From Candidatus Thalassarchaeum betae (GTDB taxonomy: Archaea; Thermoplasmatota; Poseidoniia; Poseidoniales; Thalassarchaeaceae), in assembly GCA_003193925.1 (NCBI GenBank), contig PSPG01000008.1:32001-96000 (forward strand): 64,000 nucleotides of DNA. The letters run 5' to 3'. Every line of letters begins with the position of its first letter. Within the stretch, counting starts at the first letter, position 1. A model generated the notes under the pieces. That model ran no database searches, had not been told where the DNA came from, and saw only the letters and a program-made list of their open reading frames with translations. Below, one piece after another: positions 59,444 through 64,000 of this stretch. Both the position numbers and the translations under genes were made by a program.

Positions 59444-60285
59444 GCCGCTTCTTTGGAGTGGTGTGGGGGCGCTTCGGCGCGACCCGCGGGCCACAGAACG
59501 AAGCCCCGAGAAAGGGGCGGCGGAACCCGGGATCTGGAAAGAGAACGGGGAAGAGTCGGAACGCCTGTAGGCGGGAAGACGGCGGGAGAGCCGAAGCGGA
59601 CGAGAGTGGAGAGAACCGGAGAGAACTGGACGAAAGGAAGGGGGAGGAAGGGGAAAGGAAGCTGGAGGAAGCGGAGGGGGAAGCTGAGGAAAACGTAACC
59701 GAACTGGAGAGAACTGGACGCAAGGAAGGGGAAGGAAGGGGAAAACACAACCGAGGCAGAGGAACCATCCCGAAGAGATACGCGCGGAAGGGGGAGGAGA
59801 CGAACCTGGAGGCGGCGTGGAGAACGAAGTGGAGAGACCGACGGGAACCGGACGCAAGGAAGGGGAAGAACGGGAAGGAAGCGGAGGAGGAACACGAGTG
59901 AACGAGGGCGGAGAGATCCGTGGAGGAAGCTGTATCGGACCGTGGAGAGAACCGGAGAGAACTGGACGCAAGGAAGGGGGAGGAAGGGGAAGGAAGCGGA
60001 GAACGCGAAGGGGGGGGAAACGCCCTTGGAGAGAGAAGATGAGCGAAGTGGAGAGAACCGGAGAGAACTGGACGCAAGGAAGGGGGAGGAAGGGGAAGGA
60101 AGCGGAGCGCGACGAAGTGGAGAGAACCGGAGAGAACTGGACGCAAGGAAGGGGGAGGAAGGGGAAGGAAGCGGAGGAGTCTACCCGGGGAAGCCCGGGC
60201 CTTAGGGCCCGGGGGACACCCGGACCCTGCGGAGTATGCAGGGGGGGAAGCTCCCCCATGTGCGGAACCCCCTGCTGCTCCCACC
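59444..60285 (+). ncRNA. Putative large structured ncRNA with an internal purine-rich repeat array
   Basis: Ends pair (59455-59469 with 60268-60281); terminal hairpin clusters including cUUCGg; upstream promoter; G.U pairs favour the + strand. Confidence 0.55.
59606..60176 (+). repeat. Six interspaced copies of a 60-nt unit GTGGAGAGAACCGGAGAGAACTGGACGCAAGGAAGGGGGAGGAAGGGGAAGGAAGCGGAG
   Basis: Identical copies at 59942-60001, 60048-60107, 60117-60176; degenerate copies at ~59606, ~59701, ~59829. Confidence 0.93.
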
Positions 60286-60334
60286 TGTACCGCCAAGTAC
60301 GTCATCGGCCCACCTTGTCAGCGTTACAATCATT

Positions 60335-60353
60335 GCGGAGCGTTTCGCTCCGC
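60335..60353. terminator. Perfect hairpin between the putative ncRNA and fumC
   Basis: GCGGAGCG-TTT-CGCTCCGC. Confidence 0.45.
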
Positions 60354-60387
60354 TTGAGACGGTTTCGGAAGGCTGAGAAAATCACCG

Positions 60388-61989
<1,602 letters not shown>

Positions 61990-62010
61990 ATTTCGCAGCG
62001 CGTTAATTGG

Positions 62011-62022
62011 TTATTAATAAAG
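62011..62022 (-). promoter_or_regulatory. Candidate TATA box of fumC, lying within the perfect palindrome TTATTAATAA
   Basis: AT-rich island 22-33 nt upstream of ATG 61989, consistent with a leaderless transcript. Confidence 0.55.
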
Positions 62023-62079
62023 TCAGGCTGTCGAGTCGCAGTGCATCGTATTGTTTGATGACTATTCACGATATGGCAG

Positions 62080-62565
62080 CTAGATTCGCTCGACACTGAC
62101 GATTTGCTGTGGGTCATAGGGCCGGTCACCTGGCTTGATGTCGCAATTCTCGATTCGGTACACGTTCTCCATACCCTCGATGACCTCTCCGAAGACTGCG
62201 TGGTTGCCATCGAGCCACGGTGTGGGCACGGTGGTGAGGAAGAACTGCGAGCCGCCGGTGTTGCGGCCCGCGTTGGCCATCGAGAACAGCCCGGGACGGT
62301 CGTGTCGCTTGGCGAGGGCTGAGGGCTCGCACGGAATCTTCCACCCAGGCCCCCCAGTACCAGCGGCTCGGCTGTCCGGGTCCCTCGAGCGCGGGCAGCC
62401 TCCTTGGATCATGAAATCCTTGATGACGCGGTGGAAGTGCTGGCCATTGTAGAACCCGGCATCGACGAGCTTGAGGAAGTTCCCCGTGGTCTCCGGGCAG
62501 TCCTCGGTGTACAGTGCGATCAGTATCTCTCCGGCGCTGGTTGTCATCTTGACTACAGTAGGCAT
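62080..62565 (-). CDS. Cyclophilin-type peptidyl-prolyl isomerase
   Basis: 'FHRVIKDFMIQGG', 'SMANAG', 'SQFF', 'WLDGNHAVFG'. Confidence 0.95.
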   Translation of the reverse strand: MPTVVKMTTSAGEILIALYTEDCPETTGNFLKLVDAGFYNGQHFHRVIKDFMIQGGCPRSRDPDSRAAGTGGPGWKIPCEPSALAKRHDRPGLFSMANAGRNTGGSQFFLTTVPTPWLDGNHAVFGEVIEGMENVYRIENCDIKPGDRPYDPQQIVSVERI

Positions 62566-62644
62566 GGACTCGGGAACGCTCACAGGCACAAGAGCATATG
62601 TGTGTCGCCCTAACCCTAATGATGGTGTCCGGAACTGGCCCAAT

Positions 62645-63814
62645 GTGAGTACCCTTAGCGACTACGACTGCCCCAAGTGCTCGACGAAACTCAGGGTGGA
62701 GTCAGCCGAGGAAGTAGATGGCGTCGACTTGCTGGTCTGCATCAAGTGCTGGGGCCTCGCAGTACAGGCCAAGACGATGCAAGGAATCGTTCCTGACGAA
62801 GTACGGGAGAAAATCGAGAACGCGGGGTTCAAGCACCCAGAGGGGCGCAGCTGCCCGGTTTGCCCCTCTACGATGATGGAAATAGCAGTGCCCAAACCAT
62901 TCGGATCAGAGGACCGAGCGAGCGAGCACGATGTGAAGATAGACATCTGCGGGGACTGCGCCACCATCTGGTTCGATGCAGGCGAGCTCGACACCCTGAA
63001 CGGCATCAAGCCGAAGCTGCGTAAGGTGGAGATGGAGGATAGCGCTGACAAGATAACGGCGGTTGTCGACGACTCGAGTTCCTCAGTGAAGTCGAGGAGG
63101 GTCGCGGGGATTTTCCTAGCATCACTCGGGTTGATGTTGCTGGGTGCAGGTTCGGGTGCCTGCTGGTCCATCACATCACTTCTGGTGATCCTGGGAGGCG
63201 GGATCCTTGCCATTACCGTGGCCCCGGAGACCGGACTTGAGAAGGGGGCCTGCAGCCGCTGCGGCCTCGAGGACGAGACGATTGGTTGGACTTGCCAGAG
63301 GGCGGGGTGCGAGGCTCCCATCTGCACCACATGCAGGTCGGCGGGTCAAGATCCGGCCGCGCAATACGTGAAGACCCTAGGTGGCGGTGCGTTGATGGTG
63401 GCGGGAGTCGTGCTTGGTATCGGTCTCCTCGTCGTCACTGAAGGGGCTGTGGCTGAAGGATTCCTCCCGGCAGCAGCCGGTTACGAATTGATTTCAGACG
63501 ATGAGGAGGAAGGTCTGCTAGTCTGCAAGGAATGCAAAAAGGAGATGGGTGCCCTTCAGTTCGCCGATTCCGATGCTCGCACAGAAAGAAAGGAATGGAC
63601 TGAGAAGGAAAAGAAGACGGCGGCAGGGGGGCCTTGGGATGTTGTCGATTCTTTCGCCGAGGGGGTGAAGGATGCGGAGTCAAAGAGTGCTCAGCGCGAA
63701 GAGTACCTGAAATCGCAGACCCACTGCCTACACATTGACGGGAAGACTGTCAAAAGGTGCCGCAGGATGGTTTTTCGCAAGTCAGGCTACTGCTACAGAC
63801 ACCAACGGGAGTGA
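62645..63814 (+). CDS. Multi-zinc-finger membrane protein (two zf-TFIIB-like ribbons, further Cys clusters, C-terminal C3H finger)
   Basis: 'CPKC..CIKC', 'CPVC..IDICGDC..IWFDAGEL', TM segments, 'C...RC...YCYRHQ'; GTG 62645 start. Confidence 0.8.
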   Translation: MSTLSDYDCPKCSTKLRVESAEEVDGVDLLVCIKCWGLAVQAKTMQGIVPDEVREKIENAGFKHPEGRSCPVCPSTMMEIAVPKPFGSEDRASEHDVKIDICGDCATIWFDAGELDTLNGIKPKLRKVEMEDSADKITAVVDDSSSSVKSRRVAGIFLASLGLMLLGAGSGACWSITSLLVILGGGILAITVAPETGLEKGACSRCGLEDETIGWTCQRAGCEAPICTTCRSAGQDPAAQYVKTLGGGALMVAGVVLGIGLLVVTEGAVAEGFLPAAAGYELISDDEEEGLLVCKECKKEMGALQFADSDARTERKEWTEKEKKTAAGGPWDVVDSFAEGVKDAESKSAQREEYLKSQTHCLHIDGKTVKRCRRMVFRKSGYCYRHQRE

Positions 63815-63818
63815 TTGA

Positions 63819-64000
63819 ATGGCAAAGTGCAAGGGCATAGATGAGAATGGAGAGGTTTGTGGGCGCCCCGCCATGTACAATTCCGATTACTGCAAGAATC
63901 ACAGGACTCAGGACCCAACTGTGAGTATCTGCATGGGCAAGAACCCCGCTGGCAAACCCTGCTCTAGGATGGCGTTGGAGGGCCTTCTATTCTGCAGGCA
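63819..64000 (+). CDS. Partial protein with tandem C-x-C-x-C-H zinc-finger repeats (runs off window end; absent from the ORF track)
   Basis: MAKCKGIDENGEVCGRPAMYNSDYCKNH...CMGKNPAGKPCSRMALEGLLFCR. Confidence 0.75.
   Translation, partial: MAKCKGIDENGEVCGRPAMYNSDYCKNHRTQDPTVSICMGKNPAGKPCSRMALEGLLFCR

Noticed and set aside
59606-60176. CRISPR array
   Set aside because: Repeats are 60 nt, spacers range from 9 to ~85 nt and share the purine bias, and there are no cas genes in the window
59444-60285. RNase P RNA or SRP RNA
   Set aside because: GGGCCACAGAA (59488) and GGAAGCTCC (60246) resemble RNase P motifs but are in the wrong order with no matching 3' P4 strand; no SRP helix 8 or Alu domain is recognisable. 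An Infernal scan would settle it
59400-60300. Replication origin with ORB repeats
   Set aside because: G-strings are present, but there is no clear ORB consensus, no inverted arrangement around an AT-rich unwinding element and no adjacent orc1/cdc6

Overview
64 kb of a GC-rich archaeal chromosome, most consistent with Marine Group II Euryarchaeota (Ca. Poseidoniales). The basis is archaeal informational genes (FEN1 with PIP box, Rpo3, S13/S4/S11, MetAP2, pantoate kinase, a PGF-CTERM protein) together with an aerobic cytochrome c oxidase and many bacterial-type metabolic genes (ribD, maeB, pckA, fumC, Grx4/BolA). The taxonomy is inferred, not searched. The window is densely coding (about 50 CDS) with tRNA-Ser(UGA) and tRNA-Arg(UCG). 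I found no transposase, integrase or CRISPR-Cas. Main points: (1) A ~850-nt non-coding element at 59.4-60.3 kb has its own BRE/TATA promoter, pairing 5' and 3' ends, hairpin-rich termini and six copies of a 60-nt GGA-rich unit. It looks like a large repeat-array (sponge or scaffold) ncRNA. (2) Its convergent neighbour is a fumarase fused to an N-terminal ribbon-helix-helix DNA-binding domain. (3) A secreted Ca-binding protein has a ~40x (Gly-Gln) tract and sits behind a long leader with two covarying hairpins. (4) A diverged ~220-bp duplication carries a stem-loop and created a chimeric gene remnant. (5) There is a CDIN1/C15orf41-like TPD nuclease, a sensor-less wHTH-STAND NTPase, a frameshifted korA and a ~2850-aa surface protein. 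All family assignments come from motif recognition by eye.
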